Numbered from the stretch's first letter, positions 51,624-61,093 are shown. The stretch is DNA of 64,000 bases from Armatimonadota bacterium (GCA_023511795.1 JAIMAU010000006.1:77730-141729), one strand, 5' to 3'. The notes: a model not told the origin generated them from the letters alone. Numbers and translations: made by a program.

Positions 51624-53744
51624 CTATTCGCCGGGGTCGGGCATTTTTTGAGATAGTGAGTTCAGCAATGCAGGCACCGGATTAAACCCATACCTCTTGC
51701 AGAGATGTATTTCTTCCCACGCCTTAGCATATTCTCCTTTGTAAAAGTATGCCGCCGCCAAGTTATGGTGCGCTTCAGCATGGTCTGGCCTGATTCTTAT
51801 GGCGCGTTTATATTCCTTTATTGCTTCGTCATACTTCTTTTGAAGCAACAAAACATTGCCCAAATTGTTTAGTGCCTCTGGGTATTCGGGCTTGTAGCGA
51901 ATAGCCTCGCGATATGCCTTAATCGCTTCATCAAACCTGCCAAGTCGCTTTAGTGCCAACCCCATATTGTAATGCGCCTCAGCAAACGAAGGCTTTAGCT
52001 CAATAGCCTTTTTGTACTCTGCCAAAGCCTCGTCATACTTGCCTTGATCAGCAAGCATTTTTCCTATGCTAAGGTGGGCGCCGGCGTCGTCCTGCTTGAT
52101 TCCCAAAGCCCTGGAATAGTTTTGCAGTGCCTCTTTTGCCTTGCCTTGGGCAGCGAGAACATTACCCATGTTATAGTAGGCCCTTGGGTCATTTGGGTTG
52201 AGTTTGAGCACCTCTTTGTATTCGCGGATGGCGTCGTCGTACATGCCTAATTGAGCATATGCATTCGCCAAGTTACCGTGCGCATCGCCATACATCGGTG
52301 AAATTTCAAGCGCCCGCTTGTAGTGCGGAATCGCCTCCTCCAGTCGCCCCTGCCATGCCAGGGCAATTCCCAAGTTATTGTGTGCCGTGTCGTTATTTTC
52401 CGTAACAGCAAGTGCGCGTTCGAACAAGGTTATGCTGTTCTTCCAATACCCTACTTGAAACCATGTGCCTATCATTAAAGCAACAATTGCGATGCATGCC
52501 GCAAATGGAAAAACGGTCGCCTCTACTTTCTGCCTTCCATCCTCTTTGCCATCGGAATTACTCTTTCTCCTAGTCAATTCGGGTATTCCCCAAGCAATGG
52601 CTATGAAGAGACCAATCAGTGGTATGTATGTATATCTGTCAGCCATCGCCTGCATGCCAACCTGGACAAGACCAATCACTGGTACCAAAGTGCCGAGATA
52701 CCAAAGCCAACCCACCACCAGATATGGTCGCCTGCTCGCAAGCCGCCACACAAAATACGAAATGCTTGCAAGTACAATGAATCCCCACAGGACCTTCCAC
52801 ATCGCCAGGTCTCTACCAGGATGCGGATAAAAGCATGCTAAATCGTTTGGCCAGAGCGTTTTTCGAATATAGCTTGAATATGCAGCAAATGCATTAGCTA
52901 TTCGAACCCCGAATGGGTAAAACTCAAAGGTTTGAACCGAACCCTGTTTCTTCTGAGCATAGAAGGTTATCACACACGACACAAGGGTCATCAGAAAAAG
53001 CGGTGTTTTCTCCCTCAAAAGGTTCATATTTTCACTAAACCTAACAAAACCCTTGCCTGATTTTCGCCCATTCGCTAAATTGCCTGCCTTATGCGTTCCA
53101 TACACGCCGCCAGATACACAAAGCCCTAAATTACTAGAAAACGTCGTACGACCAAGGGGCCAGTAGTCCATTAGAAGGAGCACGAATGGAAGCGTTACGA
53201 GCATTGGCTTTGACATCAAACCAAGTGCAAACAAAATAACGACCGGCAAATAAGTTCCCAGACGCGGGGATGACGCATATCGGAAATATGCCAACATGGT
53301 AAGTAGCCAAAAGAAGGTGCTTAGAACATCCTTTCTCTCTGCAATCCATGCAACCGATTCGACATGCAATGGATGTATGGCAAATAGCGCTGCCACAAAG
53401 CCGCTTCTCCACACACATCCAGTCATTAACATGAGCACCGAAAAGAGAAGCACAACATTTGCTACATGAAATACCAAATTGGTCAAATGGTGGCCCATAG
53501 GATTAGGTCCATAAAGTTGGGCATCGAGCATATGGGATAACCATGTAAGCGGATGCCAGTTGCTCTCGTGAATTTTGGTAAAAGCCCACACAATGCTCGG
53601 CGCCGTTAGACCTGCTTGCACTGGTGGGTTATCCGTTACATACTTATCGTCGTCATAATTAGTAAAGTCATGTCGAAGAACAGGCCAATAGACCGCAACT
53701 GTAATAATGACAAGTAATAATCCCACTAAATATAGGGAGCGCAT
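51624..53744 (-). CDS. TMTC-like DUF1736 plus TPR protein (paralog 3)
   Basis: Start set at MRSLYLVGLL (RBS GGAAGGTGG) by alignment with the other paralogs. The track extension to 53903 would overlap the upstream gene. NYDDDKYVTDN, HPLHVESVAWIAERKDV and AMADRYTYIPLIGLF motifs. Confidence 0.7.
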   Translation of the reverse strand: MRSLYLVGLLLVIITVAVYWPVLRHDFTNYDDDKYVTDNPPVQAGLTAPSIVWAFTKIHESNWHPLTWLSHMLDAQLYGPNPMGHHLTNLVFHVANVVLLFSVLMLMTGCVWRSGFVAALFAIHPLHVESVAWIAERKDVLSTFFWLLTMLAYFRYASSPRLGTYLPVVILFALGLMSKPMLVTLPFVLLLMDYWPLGRTTFSSNLGLCVSGGVYGTHKAGNLANGRKSGKGFVRFSENMNLLREKTPLFLMTLVSCVITFYAQKKQGSVQTFEFYPFGVRIANAFAAYSSYIRKTLWPNDLACFYPHPGRDLAMWKVLWGFIVLASISYFVWRLASRRPYLVVGWLWYLGTLVPVIGLVQVGMQAMADRYTYIPLIGLFIAIAWGIPELTRRKSNSDGKEDGRQKVEATVFPFAACIAIVALMIGTWFQVGYWKNSITLFERALAVTENNDTAHNNLGIALAWQGRLEEAIPHYKRALEISPMYGDAHGNLANAYAQLGMYDDAIREYKEVLKLNPNDPRAYYNMGNVLAAQGKAKEALQNYSRALGIKQDDAGAHLSIGKMLADQGKYDEALAEYKKAIELKPSFAEAHYNMGLALKRLGRFDEAIKAYREAIRYKPEYPEALNNLGNVLLLQKKYDEAIKEYKRAIRIRPDHAEAHHNLAAAYFYKGEYAKAWEEIHLCKRYGFNPVPALLNSLSQKMPDPGE
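52609..52653. repeat. 45-nt segment identical to 56245..56289 inside otherwise diverged paralogs
   Basis: Both copies read agaccaatcagtggtatgtatgtatatctgtcagccatcgcctgc. On the minus strand this encodes AMADRYTYIPLIGLF. Confidence 0.8.
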
Positions 53745-53808
53745 TCCAAACCACCTTCCACTTCTTGCAAATGCCTTTGATGATACAAGAATTAGACATG
53801 AAGGAGGG

Positions 53809-55653
53809 TCACTCCTTGCCTGCTTTGATTGCCAAAAATTTCCTAAATTCGTGGTCAGGCTTAAAACCATGCTTCTCTGCCAGGCAAAGCTCCTCCCAGG
53901 CACGTTTGTATTCTCCTGCTATGAAGAATGCAACTGCCAAGTTGAAGTGTGCCTCAGCATAACTGGGTCTAATTTCGACAGCCTTAGTTAGATATTTTAT
54001 TGCACTTTGGTTGTCTCCTTTTTGGCCTAATACTGAACCGAGGTTCATCAGCGCCAATACATGGTCAGGCTTTATTGCTAATGCCTTTCTAAATTCCGCC
54101 TCTGCTTTTTCAAGCCTCCCTCGCGAACAAAAAGCAATCCCAAGATTGTAGTAGACATCGGCATCATCTGCGGTTCCCCTCAATGCTCTTGCGAACTCCG
54201 CCCCTGCAGAGTCCAAGTCTCCCTTCTCAGCCAAAGTAGTTGCTAAGTTCAAACGAGCATCGGGGTAATCCGGCCTAATCTCGAGAGCTCTTCGAAAATG
54301 AGCAACCGCTTCATCGATTCTGCCTTTTTCTTTGAGTGCCACCCCTAGGTTGTGATGTGCAAGCCAATTATGCGATGTCACTTTAATAGCATGGCTGAAG
54401 AGAGTCTGGCCATTCTGCCAATAACCAACCTGCACCCAGGTGGAAACCATTAGGACAGCGATGACCAATGGGGCTGCAATAGTGAATATCATGGACTCCG
54501 AAAACCGAGAAAAAGAAAATTTTTCTTCCCTGCTCATATATTCAGCCATGCTGGGCGCCAGCCATGCAATCATTATGAAGATGCCAATTAAAGGAATATA
54601 AGTGTATCTATCTGCCATTGCGTGGGAGCCGACCTGAACGAGCCCAATGACTGGGACAATGGTGATAAGATACCAAAACCACCCTACGGGAAGAAACGGC
54701 TTACGCTTACCTATCGCAAGCACCAAAAACGTTATTGCAACTATTAAGAGAGCTGCCCCGAGCACCTGCCACTCTGGAACTGAATCACCCGGATGCGGGT
54801 AGAATACTGCAAGCCTTCGTGGCCAGACGGTCTTTATAAGGTAGCCTACACACGCAACCAAAGAATTTGACAATCGGATTCCTAATGGAATGGCTTCCAA
54901 ACTTGCCAGGGCCCTGCCGCCTTTTTGAGCGATAAGTGCCCCGACGCTCGCGCCAAATGCGAGTATTAAAAGAGGTATTTTCTCAGCTAAAAGACTCTTG
55001 ACTGAAATCCTATTAATTAGCGAATGGCTTGACAGCGCAGTACGCCCAATAGGCCAGTAGTCCATGAGGAGGAGCACAAGCGGAAGAGTTACCAGCATCG
55101 GCTTGGCCATAAGACCCATTGCGAAAAACACAACAACAAGGATGTAGGTTCCAATCCTCGGAGAAGAGGCATACCTGACATATGCCCACAACGTCAACAT
55201 CAAAAACAGTGTACAAAGCACGTCTTTCCGTTGAGCGACCCACGCCACCGATTCTACATGAAGTGGGTGCACGGCAAACAACGCCGCAACAAACCAGCTC
55301 TTCCATGCTGAGCTAGTCATCTTATTTAAGACGGCAAACAGCAACAAGGTGTTTGCGATATGAAGAAGCAGATTTGTTAGGTGATAAATAAACGGTTTTT
55401 CTCCAAACAAGGTGTGTTCCAGCATGTACGATAGCCAAACCAAAGGGTGCCAGAAACAAGCTTCCGTTGTTGTGAACGCCCAGGTTATCCCCTCAACCGT
55501 CAGCCCACGCTTGACATGGTCGTTCTGTGTAATATAGACATCTTCATCAAAACCAACAAAATCGAAGTTTAATACTCGCCAATATACTGCAATTATTATT
55601 AAGACTAGAAGAAATAAGCGCACATAGCTAGCCAAATTAGGTTTATCTACCAT
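53809..55653 (-). CDS. TMTC-like DUF1736 plus TPR protein (paralog 2)
   Basis: GFDEDVYITQN. HPLHVESVAWVAQRKDV. HAMADRYTYIPLIGIF. TPR tail. Confidence 0.7.
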   Translation of the reverse strand: MVDKPNLASYVRLFLLVLIIIAVYWRVLNFDFVGFDEDVYITQNDHVKRGLTVEGITWAFTTTEACFWHPLVWLSYMLEHTLFGEKPFIYHLTNLLLHIANTLLLFAVLNKMTSSAWKSWFVAALFAVHPLHVESVAWVAQRKDVLCTLFLMLTLWAYVRYASSPRIGTYILVVVFFAMGLMAKPMLVTLPLVLLLMDYWPIGRTALSSHSLINRISVKSLLAEKIPLLILAFGASVGALIAQKGGRALASLEAIPLGIRLSNSLVACVGYLIKTVWPRRLAVFYPHPGDSVPEWQVLGAALLIVAITFLVLAIGKRKPFLPVGWFWYLITIVPVIGLVQVGSHAMADRYTYIPLIGIFIMIAWLAPSMAEYMSREEKFSFSRFSESMIFTIAAPLVIAVLMVSTWVQVGYWQNGQTLFSHAIKVTSHNWLAHHNLGVALKEKGRIDEAVAHFRRALEIRPDYPDARLNLATTLAEKGDLDSAGAEFARALRGTADDADVYYNLGIAFCSRGRLEKAEAEFRKALAIKPDHVLALMNLGSVLGQKGDNQSAIKYLTKAVEIRPSYAEAHFNLAVAFFIAGEYKRAWEELCLAEKHGFKPDHEFRKFLAIKAGKE

Positions 55654-57328
55654 CTGGATTTACCTGCCTCTTCCGCAGCATCTCCAGGGCTTGCTTTGCT
55701 GCCCTCAAATTCGGATTAATGCTAACAGCCTTTGCGAACTCCACAGTGGCCTCATCAAATCGGCCCAAGCCAGCCAATATTGCTCCAAGGTTGTAGTGCA
55801 CAAGGGCATTGGTTGGATTGAGGGATATAGCTTTTTGGTATTCACTAATGGCTTCATTAAAACGCCCCAATTTAGAGAGTGCATTACCCATATTGGTGTG
55901 TGCATCGGCATATTCAGGTTTGGCTCGAATAGCAGCGAAATAGTGGCAAATTGCCTCGGTATACCTACCCTCAGCCGCAAGAGCAACTCCCAAATTGTTG
56001 TGCATCAACCAATTATTATGCGTGACGGCGATTGCATGCCGATACAAAGAGATGCTATCTTGCCAGTAGCCAACTTGAACCCAGGTGGAGAACATTATAA
56101 CACCGACTGATATTCCAGCCGCCAATGGCAGAACATTTGAAGTGAAATAGTAAGGCAATCTGCCCTTCAACCTTTCGCCTTGCTTACCTTTGATTCTCAA
56201 ACACCCGACCACGTCCGGAACCCCCCAAGCGATCATAATAAATAGACCAATCAGTGGTATGTATGTATATCTGTCAGCCATCGCCTGCCCGCCAACCTGA
56301 ACAAAACCAATGACAGGAATAAGGGTGCTAAGATACCAAAGCCAGCCTGTTATGAGGAATGGTTTGGTACGTCTCGTAAACACCGCGACCAAAGAAATTG
56401 CCAAGAGAACTAGCATCGCCAAAACAACCTGCCAAGTTGCAATTAAATTACCAGGATGAGGATAGAAAACCGCTAAGTTCCTTGGCCAGAACATCTTGCC
56501 TATATAGTTGACATATGAGAGAACGGCATTAGCTGTGCGGATTCCTAGAGAGTACTGTTCAAAAGAACCAACAGCACCACCCTTCTGCTGAGCAATGTAT
56601 GTTATAACGCAAGACAAGATAGCTAAAATTAACAAAGGTACCTTCTCAAAAAACAGCCCCCTCATGGAAGCCGCTCTTTTAGTTGGCGATGAGCAAGAAG
56701 GAATGGACGAAGAAACACGGCAGAGGGGCCAATAATCCAAAAGAAGGAGCACAAAGGGAAGAGTCACCACCATTGGCTTTGACATTAGACCGAGGATAAA
56801 GAAAACAACAACTAAAGCATATTTGGTGAATATCGGATTTCTAACATATCCGATATATGCCAATATTGTGAGTAAAAAGAAAAACGTGCTTAGAACATCC
56901 TTTTTCTCTGCGACCCATGCTACTGACTCCACGTGAAGAGGATGCAAAGCAAACAACGCCGCAACGAAAGCACCCTTCCATTGTGAACTGGTTATCTTAC
57001 TCAGCAACCCAAAAAGCAATAGGGAATTCACTATGTGAAACATCAAATTAACAAGGTGATGACCAGCAGGCTTTAGCCCAAAGAGCATGCAATCGAGCAT
57101 GTGAAAAATCCAAGTAAGGGGATGCCAGTTGGCGGAATAGAATGATGTGAAAGCCCAATTAAGATTCTCTAAGCTTATCCCTGTCCTGACGTGCTCATTT
57201 AAAAGCACATATGGCTTATCATCGAAAACAAAATCGTGTCCCAGAACTCGACAGAAAACAGCCCCAGTTGCAAATGTCAGAATTAGACCAATGGCAATTG
57301 AAAGTCTGTTCGCATGCAGATGCATCAC
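55643..57328 (-). CDS. TMTC-like DUF1736 plus TPR protein (paralog 1)
   Basis: VFDDKPYVLLN. HPLHVESVAWVAEKKDV. GQAMADRYTYIPLIGLF. 11-nt overlap with the downstream paralog. Confidence 0.7.
   Translation of the reverse strand: MMHLHANRLSIAIGLILTFATGAVFCRVLGHDFVFDDKPYVLLNEHVRTGISLENLNWAFTSFYSANWHPLTWIFHMLDCMLFGLKPAGHHLVNLMFHIVNSLLLFGLLSKITSSQWKGAFVAALFALHPLHVESVAWVAEKKDVLSTFFFLLTILAYIGYVRNPIFTKYALVVVFFILGLMSKPMVVTLPFVLLLLDYWPLCRVSSSIPSCSSPTKRAASMRGLFFEKVPLLILAILSCVITYIAQQKGGAVGSFEQYSLGIRTANAVLSYVNYIGKMFWPRNLAVFYPHPGNLIATWQVVLAMLVLLAISLVAVFTRRTKPFLITGWLWYLSTLIPVIGFVQVGGQAMADRYTYIPLIGLFIMIAWGVPDVVGCLRIKGKQGERLKGRLPYYFTSNVLPLAAGISVGVIMFSTWVQVGYWQDSISLYRHAIAVTHNNWLMHNNLGVALAAEGRYTEAICHYFAAIRAKPEYADAHTNMGNALSKLGRFNEAISEYQKAISLNPTNALVHYNLGAILAGLGRFDEATVEFAKAVSINPNLRAAKQALEMLRKRQVNPDGR
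56245..56289. repeat. Second copy of the 45-nt identical segment
   Basis: Same sequence as 52609..52653. The flanks are only about 70-80% similar. Confidence 0.8.
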
Positions 57329-57591
57329 CCTCCGGAATCAGCAATTCGCTCATAAATGTAAATATCGTGTTGCTCAGGTAGTCCGCGGCCGTCCGCATCC
57401 CTATCCCAAAGATACAAAGTAAACTCCGGAGAGAGTATATCAATAATGCCAACTGTATGATAATTGTTCATAAGCTGATTTACAAACCAGCCGAATACTA
57501 TATTGGCCGATCCCCTAGCAATACGCCATGAACTTTGCATATTAAAGAAAATTAAATACTTTTGCTTTGTTCTACCAAGAAGCCGAATCAT
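57325..57591 (-). CDS. Small hypothetical protein (88 aa), translationally coupled on both sides
   Basis: ATGA overlaps with the 459-aa gene upstream and the 561-aa gene downstream. No recognisable motif. Confidence 0.4.
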   Translation of the reverse strand: MIRLLGRTKQKYLIFFNMQSSWRIARGSANIVFGWFVNQLMNNYHTVGIIDILSPEFTLYLWDRDADGRGLPEQHDIYIYERIADSGG

Positions 57592-58967
57592 GTCACGCTA
57601 CACATCTCTACAGCATATTTTTGGACTCCCATGAGCGGGTATGTGTAAATATAAGGCACGGCTGAACGACGATGTGCATAGAAGGGTATCTGTGGTTCAG
57701 ATCCAAATACTACAATTCTGTCCCTTTCAGTAGTATGCCTCCGGATATACTTGGCTATCTCTATTGATTCTGGAAACGGGCTGTGCCCGTAAACAGCTCT
57801 GCAAAGCATACGACCGTCTGTTTTAAACAAAAGATCCTCCTGCGTGTAAAGACCATAGTTTGATGCGAATATAAAAATAATGACGGGTATAAAACCGAGC
57901 GATGGGACTTTCGATTCTCTCAATACACGATTTATTGAGACGACGCTTCTAGCAACGAATAACGAGGCTGCGGGTAGCAAAAGTATGAAGTAATGCTGGC
58001 GAAAGTAGAGACCTGGACAACCAGCTAGGAATGAAAATACCAGCAAACCCACAAGAAACGCCGCATGCTCACGGGATTTCCTATCCCAAATAAACGCCGT
58101 CAGCCCAAATGCCGACAGAAACCATAGAGGCAAAACTGGTACCCCTATAACTTCGGCCGTTAGATTGAAATTCTCGATTCCGAAAGGAAGTGTGGTCAAG
58201 CTTGTATATTCGCTTGCATACTTAACCGTCCAGAACCAAAACTTTTCAAAAACCCCCACCGCCAAGAGTATAGCGCACGTAACAACGTAGGGAACTGCAA
58301 CCCCAACCGCCAGTAACCCTTCTGCATTAAGTAGCCTTGGCAACACAACTGAACGATTACTTAATCGAAGGTAGAAAGTATAAAGAATAGCAAAGATTGC
58401 AAAAAACATCCCATGCTGCTTAACAATAATCGCAAAACCAAAAAGCAAGCCGCTTAAGAAGAACATCGATGGCCGCCCTTTTGTGTAGGCTTTCAACAAA
58501 AGAAGCAAACCACCAACTGCAGGCAGTATGACAAAATGCTCAGAGTTGGCCCACAAACTTTGTATCCACGGGCTTATGGAGAACATAGCAAAGCTAATCC
58601 CTGAAATGACCCCAGCACACTCGCCCATCAAACGCTTGCCAACAAAGTAAATAAGAATAATAGTAGCAACATTTACGCCCAGAAGACCAAGGTGAATCCC
58701 AGCTATCGTCTGGCCAAAGAGTAGCATGATTAGCGCGTAGACAACATAGATTCCAGGCAACTTCATACTGTATGCCAGAAGGTAGGGCAGTACTCCATCA
58801 AGCATGAGTTGTGCCATATAGGCATATTCGCCTTCGTCCCTCTCCAATGGAACACCTAGAAATCGGATTCGGACTATAATGATAAGCGCTATTGTAAGGA
58901 GAAGCGCTCCGCGAAGAACCCAAATGTAATGCCACTTAAGCTTTTCTCGCAAGTTTTTCAAACGCAT
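57588..58967 (-). CDS. GT-C membrane glycosyltransferase (GT39/PMT_2/ArnT-like) without TPR, first gene of the minus-strand array
   Basis: About 12 TM helices. Loop-1 RDEGEYAY (DE motif, as in PMT/ArnT-type enzymes). Confidence 0.65.
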   Translation of the reverse strand: MRLKNLREKLKWHYIWVLRGALLLTIALIIIVRIRFLGVPLERDEGEYAYMAQLMLDGVLPYLLAYSMKLPGIYVVYALIMLLFGQTIAGIHLGLLGVNVATIILIYFVGKRLMGECAGVISGISFAMFSISPWIQSLWANSEHFVILPAVGGLLLLLKAYTKGRPSMFFLSGLLFGFAIIVKQHGMFFAIFAILYTFYLRLSNRSVVLPRLLNAEGLLAVGVAVPYVVTCAILLAVGVFEKFWFWTVKYASEYTSLTTLPFGIENFNLTAEVIGVPVLPLWFLSAFGLTAFIWDRKSREHAAFLVGLLVFSFLAGCPGLYFRQHYFILLLPAASLFVARSVVSINRVLRESKVPSLGFIPVIIFIFASNYGLYTQEDLLFKTDGRMLCRAVYGHSPFPESIEIAKYIRRHTTERDRIVVFGSEPQIPFYAHRRSAVPYIYTYPLMGVQKYAVEMCSVT

Positions 58968-59123
58968 GTTTTCTAATTATGCTTCGAAAAATTGCACTTT
59001 CTGCACTATTGCGACTGAGGGGAATTAAAATTCAAAAAAAGCATTTATATTTGTTGCGTGGCAAGTCTAACACGAGGTTTGACGCGGTGTCAACACGGGC
59101 TAGAATTAATCTGCTCACTTTGG

Positions 59124-59152
59124 TTGACCCTCATCATAGCCTATGCTATACT
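59124..59152 (+). promoter_or_regulatory. Sigma-70-type promoter for cdaA-cdaR
   Basis: TTGACC (59124-59129), 17-nt spacer, TATACT (59147-59152). Divergent from the GT-C array. Confidence 0.5.
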
Positions 59153-59198
59153 TTTTCAAGAATTTTTAAAGATACTTTGGCGGCAAACAAGAATCAAA

Positions 59199-60086
59199 AT
59201 GAATGTTGGGTTAATAATATTGCCCTGGCGATTTTTTAGCGTAGATTACATCTGGCCCGTTGTGGATGTAATTGTAGTCGCCTTTGTCATTTACAAGCTA
59301 ATGATGCTTGTAAAAGGCACGCGCGCATGGCAGATAATGTGGGGATTAGGAATATTCTTCCTCTTAGTTTTTATAAGCGACTACCTCCACCTCCGAGCAC
59401 TCAACTGGATACTTAGAGTATTTGTCCCCTTGGGCCCGGTTGCGCTTGTAATCCTCTTTTTTCCAGAGCTTCGCCATGCCCTTGAGGAAATTGGCCGGCT
59501 AAAATTTCTAGGCCACGGTTTCCATGCTCTAGGGCGAGAAGACATCATGGACTTCGTTGATCAACTTAGCAAGGCTATTGCCGAGATGTCAAGGACCAAA
59601 ACAGGCGCACTTATTGTAATAGAACGTGACGTTGGCCTTGACAACATTATTGCAACTGGCAACAAGCTTGATTCGGCTGTTTCCGCTGAGCTTCTGAAGA
59701 CAATATTTCATCCCGGCAGTCCGCTCCACGATGGGGCGGTTATAATCCGAGGCAACCGAATCGTTGCTGCGAGCTGTACGCTTCCTCTTAGCGACAATCC
59801 AAGGTTTGGTACGATGATTCATACCAGACACAAAGCAGCTCTAGGGGTCGCTGAGGAGAGCGACGCAATCGTATTGGTTGTTTCGGAAGAGACGGGAACA
59901 ATTTCTTATGCAGCAGAAGGAGAGCTTCTCCGCGGGTTGAGCCCTGAACAGGTCCGCGCAAAGCTTATTGAAGCGTTCCAACTTACCCCAGAAGACGAGA
60001 GGAGGTTCAGGCTCGGGCGAACGGTCTCAAACGCATTCTTAAAAGTGCGCATTGGGAGCACGCCAGGCGAGCGGAGAAACCCATGA
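59199..60086 (+). CDS. cdaA: Diadenylate cyclase CdaA (membrane-anchored DAC domain)
   Basis: ATG at 59199 gives the canonical N-terminus (three TM helices, DVIVVAFVIYKLMMLVKGTRAWQI). DAC-domain motifs DGAVIIRG and RHKAALGVAEESDAIVLVVSEETGTISYA. The track start at 59058 is rejected. Confidence 0.85.
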   Translation: MNVGLIILPWRFFSVDYIWPVVDVIVVAFVIYKLMMLVKGTRAWQIMWGLGIFFLLVFISDYLHLRALNWILRVFVPLGPVALVILFFPELRHALEEIGRLKFLGHGFHALGREDIMDFVDQLSKAIAEMSRTKTGALIVIERDVGLDNIIATGNKLDSAVSAELLKTIFHPGSPLHDGAVIIRGNRIVAASCTLPLSDNPRFGTMIHTRHKAALGVAEESDAIVLVVSEETGTISYAAEGELLRGLSPEQVRAKLIEAFQLTPEDERRFRLGRTVSNAFLKVRIGSTPGERRNP

Positions 60087-61063
60087 TTAGGCACAACTTC
60101 CCATACAAACTACTTGCCTTGGGTATAGCGCTCGTCATATGGTTCTATGCCAACAAGGGATACAACCCAAACGTCTCCAAAGAACTATCCGGCATTCCGC
60201 TGGCAGTCCGCAAGGTCGAACCAGGCCTAATTGTTACCAGCAAACCTGCTACAATCAAGGTCATCCTCGAAGGTCCTCGCGAGCATGTCGACGCAATAGC
60301 TGCAGACCCAGAGGAAATACAAGTGCACGTCAGCGCCCGAGGGAAGGGAGAAGGCAAGCATAAGTTACCAGTAATTGTTACTCCCCCCCAAGGCTATGCT
60401 GGGCTAGTGCGGGGCACAGCCGTTCCCAGCGAAGTCTTCATCACCCTCGTCCGTGAGGCTCGACGGGTTATGAAAGCGGAGGTTGATTTTGCCGGCAGTC
60501 CCCCCGTAGGCTTTCGTTTTGGCGCTCCCTCATTTACGCCTGCTAAGGTAGTTGTTCGGGGAATGCCCGAGCTCGTAAACCGCATAAGCCGCCTAACCGC
60601 AACTGTGCAACCAGGAGAACTAAGAGAGGGAATCATAGAGGGAGACTATCTATTAATTGCGCGGGACAGCAACGACCGCGAGATTCGCGGAATTGATATA
60701 TCGCCAAGCAAAGTTCACCTTCGACTTAGTTTAGAGAAAGTCCCTGCTAGTCGCATGGTATTTGTATGCCCCACAATTGTTGGACGCCCCCCTTTCCCTT
60801 ACAAAGTAAGCAACATTGACGTCCAACCGCAGACAGTAGCACTGAATGGCCGGCCGGAGCATTTGATGCGTATAAGCACGGTGGGAACTGAGACGCTAAA
60901 CCTCTCAAATCGTACTCGGTCTTTTACTCAGCGTCTCAAGATAGTGCCTCCCCCAGGAACTTCCATCTCGAATGGAAGCAGAGTTCAAGTTAGCGTCCAA
61001 ATTGCCTTAATTCAGCCTGAGGCGCCAAGCTCTCCGCCCAAACCCAATAACGAACCGCAGTGA
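60083..61063 (+). CDS. cdaR: CdaR/YbbR-like regulator of CdaA
   Basis: ATGA overlap with cdaA. N-terminal TM helix followed by about 300 aa of tandem YbbR-like beta domains. Conserved cdaA-cdaR gene order. Confidence 0.75.
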   Translation: MIRHNFPYKLLALGIALVIWFYANKGYNPNVSKELSGIPLAVRKVEPGLIVTSKPATIKVILEGPREHVDAIAADPEEIQVHVSARGKGEGKHKLPVIVTPPQGYAGLVRGTAVPSEVFITLVREARRVMKAEVDFAGSPPVGFRFGAPSFTPAKVVVRGMPELVNRISRLTATVQPGELREGIIEGDYLLIARDSNDREIRGIDISPSKVHLRLSLEKVPASRMVFVCPTIVGRPPFPYKVSNIDVQPQTVALNGRPEHLMRISTVGTETLNLSNRTRSFTQRLKIVPPPGTSISNGSRVQVSVQIALIQPEAPSSPPKPNNEPQ

Positions 61064-61093
61064 CCAAGCATATAGCAAGCAGAACTCAAGGAA

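Noticed and set aside
53745-53903. 5' extension of the 759-aa TMTC-like ORF
   Set aside because: It would overlap the upstream paralog by about 95 nt. Alignment with the other paralogs and an RBS support the start at MRSLYLV (53744).
49354-57328. Tandem similar sequence blocks that could be mistaken for a CRISPR or tandem-repeat array
   Set aside because: The repeat units are full-length paralogous genes of about 2 kb with continuous ORFs, not short direct repeats with spacers.
59058-59198. 5' extension of the cdaA ORF
   Set aside because: The extension covers the TTGACC-17-TATACT promoter. The canonical CdaA N-terminus begins at the ATG at 59199.
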